Assembly: GCA_964016885.1 (NCBI GenBank)
Contig: OZ024751.1
Span: 26,722,001 to 26,786,000, forward strand
Source: Eledone cirrhosa
Taxonomy: Eukaryota
Direction: 5' to 3'
DNA length: 64,000 bases
Numbering within the stretch: position 1 is the first letter of the stretch; every line of letters begins with the position of its first letter. Position numbers and translations under genes: made by a program. Shown piece after piece: positions 28,810 to 43,110 of the stretch. The notes under the pieces were generated by a model. That model had not been told where the DNA came from. It ran no database searches and was given only the letters and a program-made list of their open reading frames with translations.

Positions 28810-29940
28810 ACAGGAACAATAACCGCCCCAGAGATGGAACAACATTTTGGCTATGTGGAAGAAGGTTAAAGTTTGGGAGGTAGTTTATACAATGTTATGA
28901 ATACAAAATCCTCAGGGGAGATCATTCGTGTTTGTGAAGTGGCACATTTGTAGTGACGTTGAGACTGGCGTTTGTAGTGACATTGGCACAGACGTTTGTC
29001 GTTTTTCTTGTTTTTCTCCGGGAGTGGTCAGTGATCTGGGGTTTACCTTAGATCAAATGGCTCTTTTAATCCTTCTAAATGTCGTGTATATAGTTTATTA
29101 ACTTCTTAGCGGCCTGGGAGTGTGGGTGTGGCTAGACAGTCCGAAATACAAGGAGGAAGGGGTTAGTAGACAAACTAACCTGAAAGCGCCAAGCAAGTCA
29201 GGCGCACACACGCCATTAAGAGAGATCTTGTTATCCTAACTATTTCTAATCTGTAGAAACGGTATTATACTTAACTTCAAATCAAGAGGGAAAAAAACAA
29301 ACGAAAGAGAATATAATTTCGGCTTATATAAGTCAAAGTGGAAGTGTAGTGTATTTATGTTATTGTTAGCTTGCTTTATCTTACACTTTGCTAAAAAGCT
29401 AAGTATTTATAATTTATTACTAATTCAGCTCCTCATAGAGAATGTAGTTATCAATTACTCTATGGCCCGGGAAGAGCGCCTTAAACACTAATTTACTTAA
29501 TTTTTTTCCTTTATTATCAAACACCCTTAAATCTATCTTTAGTCTTAAAGATAGTACTAATCATCTTCTCTCTAGTACTGTTGTAAATTAGCTAAGGTTC
29601 TATAACAAAGTAAATTCTTCAAAAAGCCTGAAAGTGTCAATTTAACATGTATGACAAAGCTATCGGCAAACATTAGCAAATGGAAATAACATTGAAGGTT
29701 GGCTAATAGGTTTCTTTAACAAGTCTGCCGCTATAGTTAGTGATGGTGCTTAAGCACTGGCATAATATAAGTTTATATGCCAGTACACGTTCACTCTGTC
29801 TACCATGTCTTTCATAGCGGCGATCCGGTAATGGCTACGACTAAGTTTGTGCATCGAGCTTAAACTATGATTAATAGGTCTAGTAAAGTGTCATAGATAT
29901 CTGTTCCAGATATTGCAATATCTGTCATAGATATTGCATC

Positions 29941-30980
29941 CAGCAAATAGCTAACTCCATCCACCAGAGTATTAAAGTTACTATAGACTACCCAACTAAA
30001 CACTCCAACCATAAATTACCTGTACTAGACACTGAACTCTGGTTGGAAATTATTAGTGATAGAAAGCAAATCCTCCATTCACATTATGCCAAACCCATGA
30101 CCTCCAAATACCTGATCTACCGAAATTCAGCTGTTTCAAACCACATCAAAATCAACATACTGATTGTGGATTTAGTAAGAGTGATGAGGAACGTGTCCCA
30201 CATGTGCAATCCTAAAGAATTAGAAAGACACATATAACACTTCATTCACCGCATGTAGTTCTCTGGCTACAATCAGAGAGACAAGATCAGGGTATATAAA
30301 GGAGCCAGAACCAAGTGGGCAAAGATTGTAGAAAATTATGCAAATGGAACTTGACCCATGTATAGGAGCAACTTTTAGAACAGAATAGAAAGAATTAGGA
30401 ATAAGGCAAATAAAATCAACTCATGGTATGATAGCAATAAATACCAGAGTGTAATGTTCGTCAAAACAACCCCTAGAGACGAACTAACTTATAGATTTAG
30501 AAGGGTCCTAGACAAGCTCACATTAAATATTAAGATAGTTGAAAGACCAGGTATTCCTATAAAAATCCTAATTAGCAAAACATACCCATTTCAAAGATCC
30601 CCCTGCACTGATAGGAAATGCATAGTCTGCAAGCTAAGCCTGAAAACTAGCTGCAAAACTAGGAACATAGTATATAGCATAAGATGTAATGAGGGACAGT
30701 GTAGGAATAAGAATATAACATACATAGGTGAAACAGCCTGTAGCATAGGAGAAAGGATAAGTGAACACTGGTGAGAACTCCAGGATGGGAAAAACTCATC
30801 AGTACTCCACCAACATGACAAAATAGAACATAGGGGCACATTAGAGAACATAGAGATAAAATTATATCCACACACAGAAAAGATGCAAAGATCAGACAAA
30901 TCACAGAGGCAACAAATATAAACAAACTCCAACTAAAATTAAACAGAAAACATGAGTGGAATAGCAACAATAACAACTAG
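29941..30980 (+). pseudogene. Disabled PLE ORF (RT C-terminal/thumb, Cys-rich linker, GIY-YIG endonuclease)
   Basis: In-frame stops at 30235, 30256, 30352, 30376 and 30772 plus a late frameshift; VY-YIG motif with Cys/His residues. Confidence 0.85.
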
Positions 30981-31216
30981 TAATTAAGGACAAAATGAAG
31001 ACATATAGACACACACAAAAACCAAACTAACAAAACAAATCAGACACACACAGATAGAACAAACAACCAACTGGTGACAAGTAAATAAATACATAAACAA
31101 AAAAAAGCACACACACCCGGATGTAACGCATGCACAAACTAAGTACCACAGCACACAACACACAAAAACAAGATGGTGTAGGAGAGAACAAAGAAGAGAC
31201 ACAAAATAAAAACCTT

Positions 31217-31260
31217 ATCACTGAGGAAGTCACAGGATGTGTGATGAAAGAGCTTTGACA
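31217..31260 (+). ncRNA. Minimal hammerhead motif in the PLE 3' end
   Basis: tca-CTGAGGA-a-GTCACA-ggatg-TGTGAT-GAAA-gagCTT|tga; sibling at 1106-1149 keeps the same stems. Confidence 0.65.
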
Positions 31261-31326
31261 ATATTACACGAGGGAAAAAATATCTCGTGCGACATGCAGT
31301 GCAAAGTTTACAGGTAGAGAGAAAGG

Positions 31327-31382
<56 letters not shown>

Positions 31383-31774
31383 CAGAGAGAGGGGGGGGGG
31401 AGTGTGTTTATTAATGAGCAGGGAAACCACCAGTGTATGGAATCTATAAACCTACGAAAGGTGAAGTTAGACGCATAGTTATAAAGCGGGGTAAATTCAT
31501 TCTGATTTATATTTTTAATTATCATGCGTCTACCTCACTAGTATACTATGCAGATATAGTATACTATGCAGATATAGTATACCATGTAGATATAGTGTAC
31601 TGTGTAACTATATAAACTGTAATATATAGACGTTGATATCTGGCAGCGATCAACAAAGCAGACTAACACACTCCCATATCTCAAGGACTTCCGCACTTAT
31701 GTTATATATCTGCATAAAATAGGTTTAGATAAATTAAACACCTCTTGTAATATATATATATATATATATGTGTA

Positions 31775-31872
<98 letters not shown>

Positions 31873-32409
31873 TGCTCTATGGTTCTTATATATTTGATAT
31901 ATTTTTATCTTTATCGAGCCCTCTTTGGATTTTAGTCTTCAAATTTATTATTATTACTATATATATACACATATATATATATATCTTCTTCAATATATCT
32001 ATATGCACTCACGTACATACATGCATATGTACTATGACATACATATACATTTTATTCACATACATGCATACATACATGCATACATACATATATAGATACA
32101 CACACACACAAACACACACACACATATATATATACAAATGTGTGTGTGTGTATATAGTGTTTTAACCATGACGGTATTAAGTCTATACTTTCAGTGTTGA
32201 CTGCTCTATTTTTTGTGAGTTCTTTTCGTCCATATCCGGGGATCCAATTTATTTTTATTTTATTTCTTTATTTATATATTCACTTAAATAATATCGCTAA
32301 TTGTTGGATCAACGAGTTGGTGCCGGGTTTCTCTGAAGCCGACATTTTCTTTCTGTTATTTCCTGTTCCGCTAGAATTTATGGTGTTTCAGTTTCGGTTT
32401 CAGTTGTTG

Positions 32410-32489
<80 letters not shown>

Positions 32490-33128
32490 AGAACTACTAT
32501 AAACTACTACTGGAATGTTTCTAGTTGATTTATTCCAAGTACTTTAATTAGTTTCATAGAGAAGAAGAAAAACATTTTGGATACTGATTATTTTTTCACG
32601 TAGAAATCTGGGATAAGAGGCGTCTGTATAGCAGTCATGGTGACATTAAAATAACTTCTCGGAATGTGAGGGAAGCAAGAATTGCTGGGACGTAGGCCAG
32701 TGTATGTTTAACAGAACTTCATAACGAAATCAGTAAAATGTCATGCGGCCTTAGGATCAGTTGATCTTCCTGTTCTTCTCTAAAAATCTTACAAACTCAA
32801 TGTTATTGGGGCCCTAAAGTTACTCCATCATAATCTAAATGCAATCTTAATCCAAATGTCCCATGTGTATTCCTAAAACCTTGCAAAGCCAGCAATGCAA
32901 GGGCCTTTAAACTACCCTGGCAGAGCTATTTAAACACGAGGCCAATAATAGTAATCTGAAATAGGTGAAGATATGTGCTCAAGAAGATGGTTTCGCAACT
33001 TCATGGTTCAAACTCACAACAATATGGTTTTACAAATGCTTCCACAATATCTTGCAAAACACTGTATAAAACGCTACTACTGTCCTGTTTTACACACACA
33101 GACACACACACACACACACATATATATA

Positions 33129-33191
<63 letters not shown>

Positions 33192-33192
33192 T

Positions 33193-33300
33193 AGCTTCTA
33201 CATGACTAGAACTGTTTCATTTGTAAGAATTCCTCAGGCCTTTCCTGGTGAGTTCTTACGAATGAAATGCTTCTAGTTCTGTAGAAGTCATTTCTTTATT
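33193..33300. mobile_element. Family alpha palindrome with two opposed degenerate HHRs
   Basis: cttctacatgactagaactgtttcatttgtaagaattcctcag / ctggtgagttcttacgaatgaaatgcttctagttctgtagaag. Confidence 0.7.
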
Positions 33301-33501
33301 AAATTTTGAAAACCCACAAATCCTCCATCTCAATTTTACTTTTGAAAAGCATAAGAACTGTGAAACCAGTAAAGGAAATAATTAAATTTTCCTAAAAAGA
33401 CTTCAGGTTGCATTAGCGATTTCTTTTCCTTACACTTTCACCCAGGACATCTCCTATTTTTATTTTTATTTTGTTTATTTTTAAATTAAAAAAAAAACCA
33501 T

Positions 33502-33546
<45 letters not shown>

Positions 33547-33766
33547 ATATTAACAAATGGAAACTATTTATAAAACCATATTTATTTTATTATACATATT
33601 TCAAAGGCCACCAAGGCAATTTATGGTGCGCTTTCATCAGATAAAATACAATACAGATTAGTTTTATAAATAAATATTGACATACCCCGAAAAAAGACAA
33701 CCTTAACGGCTGGAGCTTCCTTTTAAGCTTGTTGTATCCCAACAAATTAAATATAACCTCTGCATA

Positions 33767-33814
<48 letters not shown>

Positions 33815-34040
33815 TAAAAGAATAGAGGTGTAACACACGAGTTATGATATATTGGTAAAAGGAAAAGAAAATGCTGACAAATTGTACCCAGTGAAAAATA
33901 GTTTAATTAGGAATAAGTAGAAATGAGTAATAAGTATTGGTTAGTATTCAGTTTTGGTTTTAAGTTTTTACCGGTTGCGCATTTCTAATGCTTTTCAAAA
34001 ATAATTTTGAGATAGAGCGCCCGTGATGTTTGCTCTAATC

Positions 34041-34083
<43 letters not shown>

Positions 34084-34087
<4 letters not shown>

Positions 34088-34232
34088 GTGGTAACACAAC
34101 AGTTAGCTGAGGATCCGCTAAGGTGAAACAATTGTTCTCGGTAGGGTGAACTAACTGTTGTGTAACCACTTCTACCTAACTCGTCCCATGGACTGAGTGC
34201 TCTACCACTACGGACATTACCTTCCAGTGTTC
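34084..34232 (+). mobile_element. Short element between microsatellites: 23-bp inverted repeat enclosing an HHR-like core
   Basis: agaagtggtaacacaacagttag-CTGAGGA-t-cc-gctaa-gg-t-GAAA...ctaactgttgtgtaaccacttct, then tgagtgctc at 34194. Confidence 0.6.
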
Positions 34233-34248
34233 TACCTCTCTCTCTCTC

Positions 34249-34389
<141 letters not shown>

Positions 34390-34585
34390 CTATATATCTA
34401 TATATGTATATATATATACATATATATATATACATATAGATATATACATATATATATATATATACATATATATGTGTGTGTGTGTTGGAGTGTATATATG
34501 CCTGTACAAGTGTGTGTATATTCAGGCACTGCTTGGCTCCACAGTCACGTTTACTGTCTGTGGATTGTGTCAAGGTATATTGTGT

Positions 34586-35070
34586 TGGTGGTGGTGGTGG
34601 TGGTGGTGGTGGTGGTGGTGGTGGTGGTGGTGGTAGTGGTGGTGGTGGTAGTGGTGGTGGTGGTGGTGGTGGTAGTGGTGGTGGTGGTGGTGGTGGTGGT
34701 GGTGGTAGTGTTGGTGGTGGTGGTGGTGGTGGTGGTGGTGGTAGTGTTGGTGGTGGTGGTGGTGGTGGTGGTGGTGGTAGTGGTGGTGGTGGTGGTGGTA
34801 GTGGTGGTGGTGGTGGTAGTGGTGGTGGTAGTGGTGGTGGTGGTGGTGGTGGTGGTGGTGGTGGTGGTGGTGGTGGTGGTGGTGGTAGTGGTGATGGTGG
34901 TGGTGGTGGTGGTAGTTGTGGTGGCGGTAGGGGTGGTAGTGTTGGTGGTAGTGGTAGTGGTGGTGGTGGTGGTGGTGACGATGATGGGGGAGATGGTGAT
35001 AGTGGTGCTGGTGCTGAAGGCGGTGGTAGTGAAGGTGGTGGTGGTGGTGGTGGTGGTGGTGGCGGCGGTG
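34586..35070. repeat. (TGG)n trinucleotide tract
   Basis: Directly visible; source of the poly-Pro/Gly/Val ORFs. Confidence 0.97.
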
Positions 35071-35514
35071 TATTGGGGGTCAGTGCTGAGTAATTAGTTA
35101 GTATTTTGATGTTATTAATTATACGGTCTGTCACTACCGTTATAGGGTTTCTCTGGTGCAGAGTTAACTCCCTTTCCTTCCTCCCACCCTTGGGTACTTA
35201 ACTAACCCTTATTCTGGGGAGTGGGAGGAGTAGCGGCGGTGCAGGGTCAGCACACGCAAACACGCACTCACACAACCTCACACACACTCAGACACATACA
35301 CACACACTCACACACTCACACACTCACACACTTACACATACAAACAGGCCCAGACTAAGAAAGAGAAAATGATATATAGACGGATACATAATTACGCACG
35401 ATATATATATATATATGTACACATACACACACACACATATATATATATATGTGTGTATATATATATATGTACACATACACACACACATATATATATATAC
35501 ATATATATATATAC

Positions 35515-35547
<33 letters not shown>

Positions 35548-35653
35548 TGTGTGTGTATGTGTACATATATATATATATGTATGTGTGTGTATGTGTACAT
35601 ATATATATATATATGTATATATATATATGTGTACATACATATATATATATATG

Positions 35654-35729
<76 letters not shown>

Positions 35730-35789
35730 AATGTATGTGCATATATGTGTATGTATATATATGTATATACATATATATATATATATATA

Positions 35790-35834
<45 letters not shown>

Positions 35835-35957
35835 TGTGTGTGTGTATGAGTGTGTGTGTGAGTGTGCGTGAGTGTGTGTGTGTATATATTTACATATACA
35901 TACATCCGTGCATTGAGAAACAATAAAATAAAAATAAACATAATTTCAAGGACACGC

Positions 35958-36054
<97 letters not shown>

Positions 36055-36524
36055 ACTGAAACTAACACGGGCATTAAGACATTTATGCGCGTTGATATAC
36101 ATTAACGTGCAATGAATATATGACACATTAATGTATACATATATACACACGTATTATATACACACGTATTATATACACACGTATTATATACACACGTACA
36201 TATATATGGATCCATAGGTGCACCCACATATGTACATATTAATGCATTCATTCATACATACACACATTTATACATACACACATACAAACATACATACCTA
36301 CATACATACATTTATATATATATGTGTGTATATAAGCACACACACATATATATATATATATATATACCATTTTCTTATAGCATTTTAAGAGGGTCCGTCG
36401 AGCTGCCGATTATTGAGTCGGGTAGGATCGATATAGATCGAACCTTGAGCTGATCAGTGGCAAAACGCGCGTCACCTATCAATAAATGCAATGAAGGAAT
36501 AATCAATCCTCCTTATTATCCTTT

Positions 36525-36559
<35 letters not shown>

Positions 36560-36561
<2 letters not shown>

Positions 36562-36795
36562 AGGAGGTTATAGTTCACTTGAAGCATTGTGTAATGAGGT
36601 ATAAACGTTTGAATATGTGTAATAAGGCCAAAACAATGCAGGTATGGACATAGAAAAAAGAATGCAATAGTAAAAGATATATTGTTGAGAATTCGTCTTT
36701 CACCTTGAATTTATTTAAATGTCCTTAATTTTCGAGATAATATCTCTTCTTTGGAGGGAAATAAAGGTCTCAAACCAGCGGTTAACGATCCCGTG
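36560..36795 (-). mobile_element. Family beta short element (HHR core mutated)
   Basis: Reverse complement of 20880-21093; abuts (TA)n. Confidence 0.75.
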
Positions 36796-36933
36796 TTTTT
36801 CCTTGGATGAGATGTGATATCTCATAGTGAAGCATATAGTAGAGTATTGGAATATCAAAGTTGGGCCTTACTCGGCGAAACAGCAGTCGGGACTTCGAAG
36901 TAAATATGATAACTTCTTATCGTACTTACTTTG

Positions 36934-37019
<86 letters not shown>

Positions 37020-37121
37020 TTATTTATTAAAATAACAGATTAAAGTTTAAGCAAAGAATCGCTGCTTTCACCCTTAACGGGATCTTCTGAAACCTCTTTG
37101 GATTTTAGTCTTCAAATGTAT

Positions 37122-37187
<66 letters not shown>

Positions 37188-37636
37188 GTATATATGACAT
37201 TCCTAGATTTATGCATTCATTCATAGAAGGAATACATAACGAAAACTCAAACACCAAACAAAATGAGTAAAAACCCAACTGAGAAGGTTAATTACAACGA
37301 AGGTTAATTACAACGAAGGTTAATTACAACGAATTTAGACGTAAAATATGTCAACTTATTTAAAATATAAGAAAAAGCCAACTGCAGGATATCGACAGAT
37401 CAACACTGATCAATAAGATCAAACCATAACAACCGAATCTACGTGATGTGATCCCTCTCTGGTGATTCGAACCAATATTTCCATCTCCATACTACACCCG
37501 ATTTTCTCACGCCAATTTCTCATACTGATCAACTAATATTATGATCTTTTACGTCAGGACGCACACATTTTCAATTTCAAATTTTCCCAAAGTTTCTTAA
37601 ATGTATCAGTTGTTTACACAAACACACACAGACACA

Positions 37637-37750
<114 letters not shown>

Positions 37751-37988
37751 ACTATGTGTGTGTAGGCATGTATATATATGTGTATGTATGTGTGTGTATG
37801 TGTGTAATGGTGTATGGTAATAGGTCAATGCGATAAATATGTATATATGTAGTTATAAATAGTTTAAGAAGACAGGGTGTATATTAGATCTTCATCTGGC
37901 AATTGTTTCTAAGACAATGGGTCTCCATCTTGGTAATGACAACCACCGTTGTATAAACACGATAGCATCAACAACAGCGGCAGCAGCT

Positions 37989-38318
37989 CCACCACCACCA
38001 CCACCACAACTACCACCAACACCACCACCACCACAACTACCACCACCACCAACAGCAAACACCACCACCACCACCACCAACACTACCACCACCAACACCA
38101 TCACCACCACCACTACCACCACCACCTCCACTACCACCACAACTACCACCACCACCACCACAACTACCACCACCACCACCAGCACCACCACTACCACCAA
38201 CACTACCACCACCACCACCACCAACTCCATCACCATCACCACCAACACTACCACCACCACCAACACTACCACCACCACCACCACTACCACCACCACCACC
38301 ACCACCACCACCACCAAC
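37989..38318. repeat. (CCA)n trinucleotide tract
   Basis: Directly visible. Confidence 0.97.
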
Positions 38319-38397
38319 ACAATATACCTTGAATATATAAATATATATCTATACCGAATATATATCTATATTTATATGTATACATATATGTATGTAT

Positions 38398-38710
38398 ATA
38401 TTTATACATATATGTATGTGTGTATTTATACATATATGTATGTGTGTATTTATACATATATGTATGTGTGTATTTATACATATATGTATGTGTGTATTTA
38501 TACATATATGTATGTGTGTATTTATACATATATGTATGTGTGTATTTATACATATATGTATGTGTGTATTTATACATATATGTATGTGTGTATTTATACA
38601 TATATGTATGTGTGTATTTATACATATATGTATGTGTGTATTTATACATATATGTATGTGTGTATTTATACATATATGTATGTGTGTATTTATACATACA
38701 TGTATGTGTG
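38398..38710. repeat. 24-bp near-perfect minisatellite (gtatttatacatatatgtatgtgt), ~13 copies
   Basis: 8-aa periodic pseudo-ORFs (YKYTHTYM); a higher-order repeat built from microsatellite sequence. Confidence 0.95.
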
Positions 38711-39025
38711 TTTGAGTGTGCTACAGTGAGCGTTCCTTTGTATTTATATTCGTATGTATTCATGTATATATAGAAGCATGTTTGTGTATATTTTCGTTAC
38801 ATATTTTCGTAAGAGATCTTTCAGTTTGTCTCAAGCAATACACTTTTCAAATCAATTATCTACAACTTCATGGCTTCATCATCCGGACGAAGTGACATTG
38901 AAGGATGTTGCTGCCTCAGTCTACTAGGCCCAACCAGTGTCACCAGACAAGAGCGCTTGGAATTATTATTATATTTTTTACTTTCACATACGTCATGAAT
39001 TATGTGAATACTTGTTGTTTGTAAG

Positions 39026-39132
39026 TAATTGTTTCTACTTTAGGCACAAGGCCAGCAATTCCCCCAGTGCATTACTGGTACTTTATTTTATCGACCCCGT
39101 AAGGATGAAAGGCAAAGTAAACCTCGGCGGGA
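39026..39132 (-). mobile_element. SINE family A, 3' half
   Basis: taattgtttctactttaggcacaaggccagcaatt...ggcaaagtaaacctcggcggga. Confidence 0.85.
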
Positions 39133-39354
39133 AGTAATGTATGTTGTTTGCATGTTGACATTTGCATTGTGCTATGCTATTAATACTGCTTGCATCATTA
39201 AACCTCTAATTTTGGGAGGAATTCTCTAGAATATTGATGTGTTGTCTACCAATGTTTTTCCTATGCTGTTTTGTTTTCGCTCGTGTCACCTAGTGCATTC
39301 CAATTGCTCCTTGTAAGTGCATGGTGATTCGGTGACACATACAAACATACAAGC

Positions 39355-39414
<60 letters not shown>

Positions 39415-39508
39415 ATGCATGTATGTATGTATATATATATATATATCATTACATAAATTATACACACACTCATATATATTTATACATATATATGTATATA
39501 TATGTATA

Positions 39509-39565
<57 letters not shown>

Positions 39566-39992
39566 CTGTGGTAGTGGCGGTGTTAGTGGTGGTTAATTGT
39601 CGAGGGGCTGTGTGCGTGCATGTGTGTGTGTGTGTTTGTGTGTGTTTGTGTGTGTTTGCTATCCTTTCATCTATTATGGGTGGATAATGTTTTGAAGTAG
39701 ACTATGCCAAAAAAAAAAAAATAATAAAAAATAACGTCGTGGGAAATGTTGAGTGGAGTTGAGTGAAGAATAGAACTCGGGCTCGCTCGCTTTCCATTGA
39801 TCCCACAGAAGGACTTGCACTTTCAGTCTATGGGAAGGAAAGCCGAAATTCAAAAGAATCGTTTCAAATAAATTCCTGAGAAGGGTGGAGAAAATCTTCA
39901 CTTCAATGACTCTCAGTGCATTTCTGTCGACGTGCTTCAGTAATATACATATGTATATACTTATAAATATATTTACATATTCATATATATAT

Positions 39993-40074
<82 letters not shown>

Positions 40075-40167
40075 ATATATATATATGTATTTGTATAGAT
40101 GTATGCATATTTATATATATATATAATTATATATATATGCTAGTATATATATATACATACATGTATG

Positions 40168-40199
<32 letters not shown>

Positions 40200-40419
40200 G
40201 TGTGTGTATTTGTATAGATGTATGCACATATATATATATAATTATATATATGCTATTATATATATACATGCACACCTATATGCATATATGCATATATATA
40301 CAGAGAGAGAGAGAGAGGGGGAGAGAGAGAGAATGAGAGAGAGAGAGTGAAAGAGTGAGAGTTAGATAGATATATGAAGATATGCATATGTATGTATGTA
40401 TGTATGCATATATATATAT

Positions 40420-40508
<89 letters not shown>

Positions 40509-40715
40509 GATATGTGTATATAAACAGGGAAATGTGGGAAGACGAGTTATCAAGTTTCTGTCTGGCTCCCTTTATATAATATGTCCTTCTGACTATCCAT
40601 ATGTCAGGCGCTTCCCCAATATCTCTGTGTGTGTATATATATATGTGTGTGTTATGTGTGTGTGTGTGTATATATATATTTATATATTATGTATATATAT
40701 ACATACATGTATATG

Positions 40716-40750
<35 letters not shown>

Positions 40751-40751
40751 G

Positions 40752-40839
<88 letters not shown>

Positions 40840-40852
40840 TATATATATATAC

Positions 40853-40938
<86 letters not shown>

Positions 40939-40939
40939 T

Positions 40940-40999
<60 letters not shown>

Positions 41000-41159
41000 C
41001 ATATGTATGTGTGTGTGTTTTATGTAAGTAAGTCTTCAGAAGTGGTAAAGTGCAAGATCATGGAGTGCTGTCGATGGAAATGAAGAGAGATTGAAATAGG
41101 AAAGAACTTGTAGAGCACAGATGTCGGCTGCACCTGACAATTCCACCAAATACATACAG

Positions 41160-41243
<84 letters not shown>

Positions 41244-41244
<1 letters not shown>

Positions 41245-41364
41245 GTGGCTGCCAACTCGTTTTCGAGTACGGCCACTACTTTATATCCATGTAGGAGAAC
41301 TCCTACCGATGCGCTGAACGAGTCTGACTTTTTAGTCCAGCCAGCGACTTGAAAACTCTGGTAC
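41244..41364 (+). mobile_element. Conserved structured ~120-bp repeat (second copy 55699-55819 on minus), possibly the 5' end of the R4/Dong element
   Basis: Near-identical inverted copy at 55699-55819; several hairpins; both copies start at a TATG/CATG microsatellite edge. Confidence 0.6.
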
Positions 41365-41817
41365 AAACACTACACCTGTGACAATCATTGACACATAGTG
41401 CTGGGCCCATGGTACCATGTGACGACAAGTGCAGAGAGATCTCCAGATATAAAGCAATGCCTGTGCCGTGAAGCTTTTATAGTTTTATAGTGAGCAAAGG
41501 TACTGCACAAATCTTATATATATATACATACATACATACAAACATATGTACATATATGTATTCATACATATATACACACGTACATAAATACATACGTATG
41601 TACATATATACATATATACACATATTCATACATATATACATACGCGCATACATATATGCATATATATATATATATATATATACATACATACATATATACA
41701 TATGTGCATACATATATACATGCATACATACATACATACAACGTACATACGTACATATATGCATACATATGTACACACACACACGCACAAACACACACAA
41801 ACACACACAAACACACA

Positions 41818-41903
<86 letters not shown>

Positions 41904-42344
41904 AGCAAAGGGATATTTAATTTGTTGGTAATTCAACAAATATATTTATAACAGATTCGAAGCACTCGACAAGTTTTCTGGAGTATAATATCATTGATAT
42001 ATAAATATATATGTATACGTAACATACATACCTTGCAAATATACATACATATATACATATGCATGTACGAATGTATGCATATATGTAAGTACGTATGTGT
42101 ATGTATATGTATGCATAATTAGTATCTATTAGCCGCTAGTCCCCTGGACTGAGCGATCCTTCGCCATATAATGCACTGAAATCTTGGTGATCCTTGGCGG
42201 CTCATTTTATGTCTATTTTCCAAGTTGTCATTTGTTAGACAGTTCATTATCATTTGATATTAGATAGTTTCTAGAACACCTTCGTCATGGCTTTCACCAC
42301 ATATTCAACTGATTTCTCTGGCTGGTATCCTCCCTAACGTCAAC

Positions 42345-42652
42345 CACTTGACTAAGTGTAAAGATTACACGAGTTCGAATCTCAGAACAGGCTTTGCGTT
42401 GTGTTCTTGACCAAGACACTTTATTTCACCTTGTCCAGTTTACTCAGCTGTAGAGTTGCGACGCCACTGGTGTCAAGCTGTATCGGTCATTGCCTTTCCC
42501 TTGGACAACATCGGTGGCGTGGAGTGGGGAGACTGGTATACATGGGCGACTGCTGGTCTTCCACAAACAACCTTGCTCGGACATGTGCCTCGGAGGAGAA
42601 CTTTCTAGGTACAAATCCCTTGGTCATTCATGACCGAAAGGCATCGTTACCC
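42345..42652 (+). mobile_element. SINE family B-related copy
   Basis: gagttcgaatctc...gtgttcttgaccaagacactttatttcac...ggtcattcatgaccgaaagg; 3' part matches the reverse complement of 49160-49260. Confidence 0.8.
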
Positions 42653-42899
42653 ATATATATATCCTAACCAACTTTCAGCCCGGAGCATATCAATGAATTG
42701 AAACAACAAAAGTAAGCTCTATTTCATATTTATGTTTTCCTGTTTCCGGGAAAATATAAATATCTAATAAGGCTTACCTTTGCCATTTCGATCACATGAA
42801 ATTTGGTTTTCTTGAGGAAGTAACACCAAATTTCAGCCCTGACTATATCAAATAATCGAAATGACAGAAGTAATCTTTATTTCACTTTTATGTTTTCCT

Positions 42900-43110
42900 C
42901 TTTTTTTCTGTTCAAATTCTAGCTGTCTGGTGAGGTCATAGCTGTTACATAATGGTTATCACCCAAATATATATAACAGTGACTATGAATAAACGAAATT
43001 AATTTTAACCTGTTGATTTACACTTGTTGTTTATAAATATACTCTGGAGTAAACAGACCCACCTGAGCTTTTCGTCGAGTTTTCTACCCTGCATACTGAA
43101 AACACATCTT
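42900..43110 (+). mobile_element. Family delta element with degenerate HHR (42923-42979)
   Basis: ctgt-CTGGTGA-GGT...ACC-CAAA-TATATATA|acag; body is the reverse complement of 57925-58120. Confidence 0.72.

Larger units (their letters stand above)
29935..31270 (+). mobile_element. 5'-truncated Penelope-like element, Naiad-type
   Basis: One frame from 29941: IANSIHQSIKVTIDYP..KLPVLDTELW..HYAKPM..SGY..PMYR..MFVKTTP..KIVERPG..PCTDRKCIVC..C..NIVYSIRC..C..YIGET..ERISEH..LHQHDKIEH; then (frameshift ~30866) RQITEA..LNRKHEW; 3' UTR with HHR. Confidence 0.88.

Noticed and set aside
30352-30774. In-frame TGA codons as selenocysteine (some Naiad PLEs encode selenoproteins)
   Set aside because: The sibling copy has CGA at the 30772 position (tgg cga gaa), which indicates CpG decay. 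The TGAs are not at the Cys motif positions, and TAA/TAG stops are also present.
32284-32345. Possible first exon on minus (MSASEKPGTNSLIQQLAILF, GTGAAT)
   Set aside because: Weak donor, incompatible phase with exon A, no independent support.
34526-34574. Plus-strand exon-like segment ([16 protein letters not shown]); similar isolated candidates at 48835-48852 (+) and 51575-51725 (-)
   Set aside because: Single AG/GT pairs are expected by chance and I could not build a consistent chain.
36420-36478. aaacgcgcgtc-acc resembling an HHR 3' half; also weak cores near 960, 16990 and 36806
   Set aside because: Core nucleotides are too degenerate to call.
42779-42839. Minus-strand exon-like segment (AG...GTAAGC; AEIWCYFLKKTKFHVIEMAK)
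   Set aside because: Built on a tgaaatttggt/accaaatttca inverted motif typical of repeats; phase does not join exon A directly.
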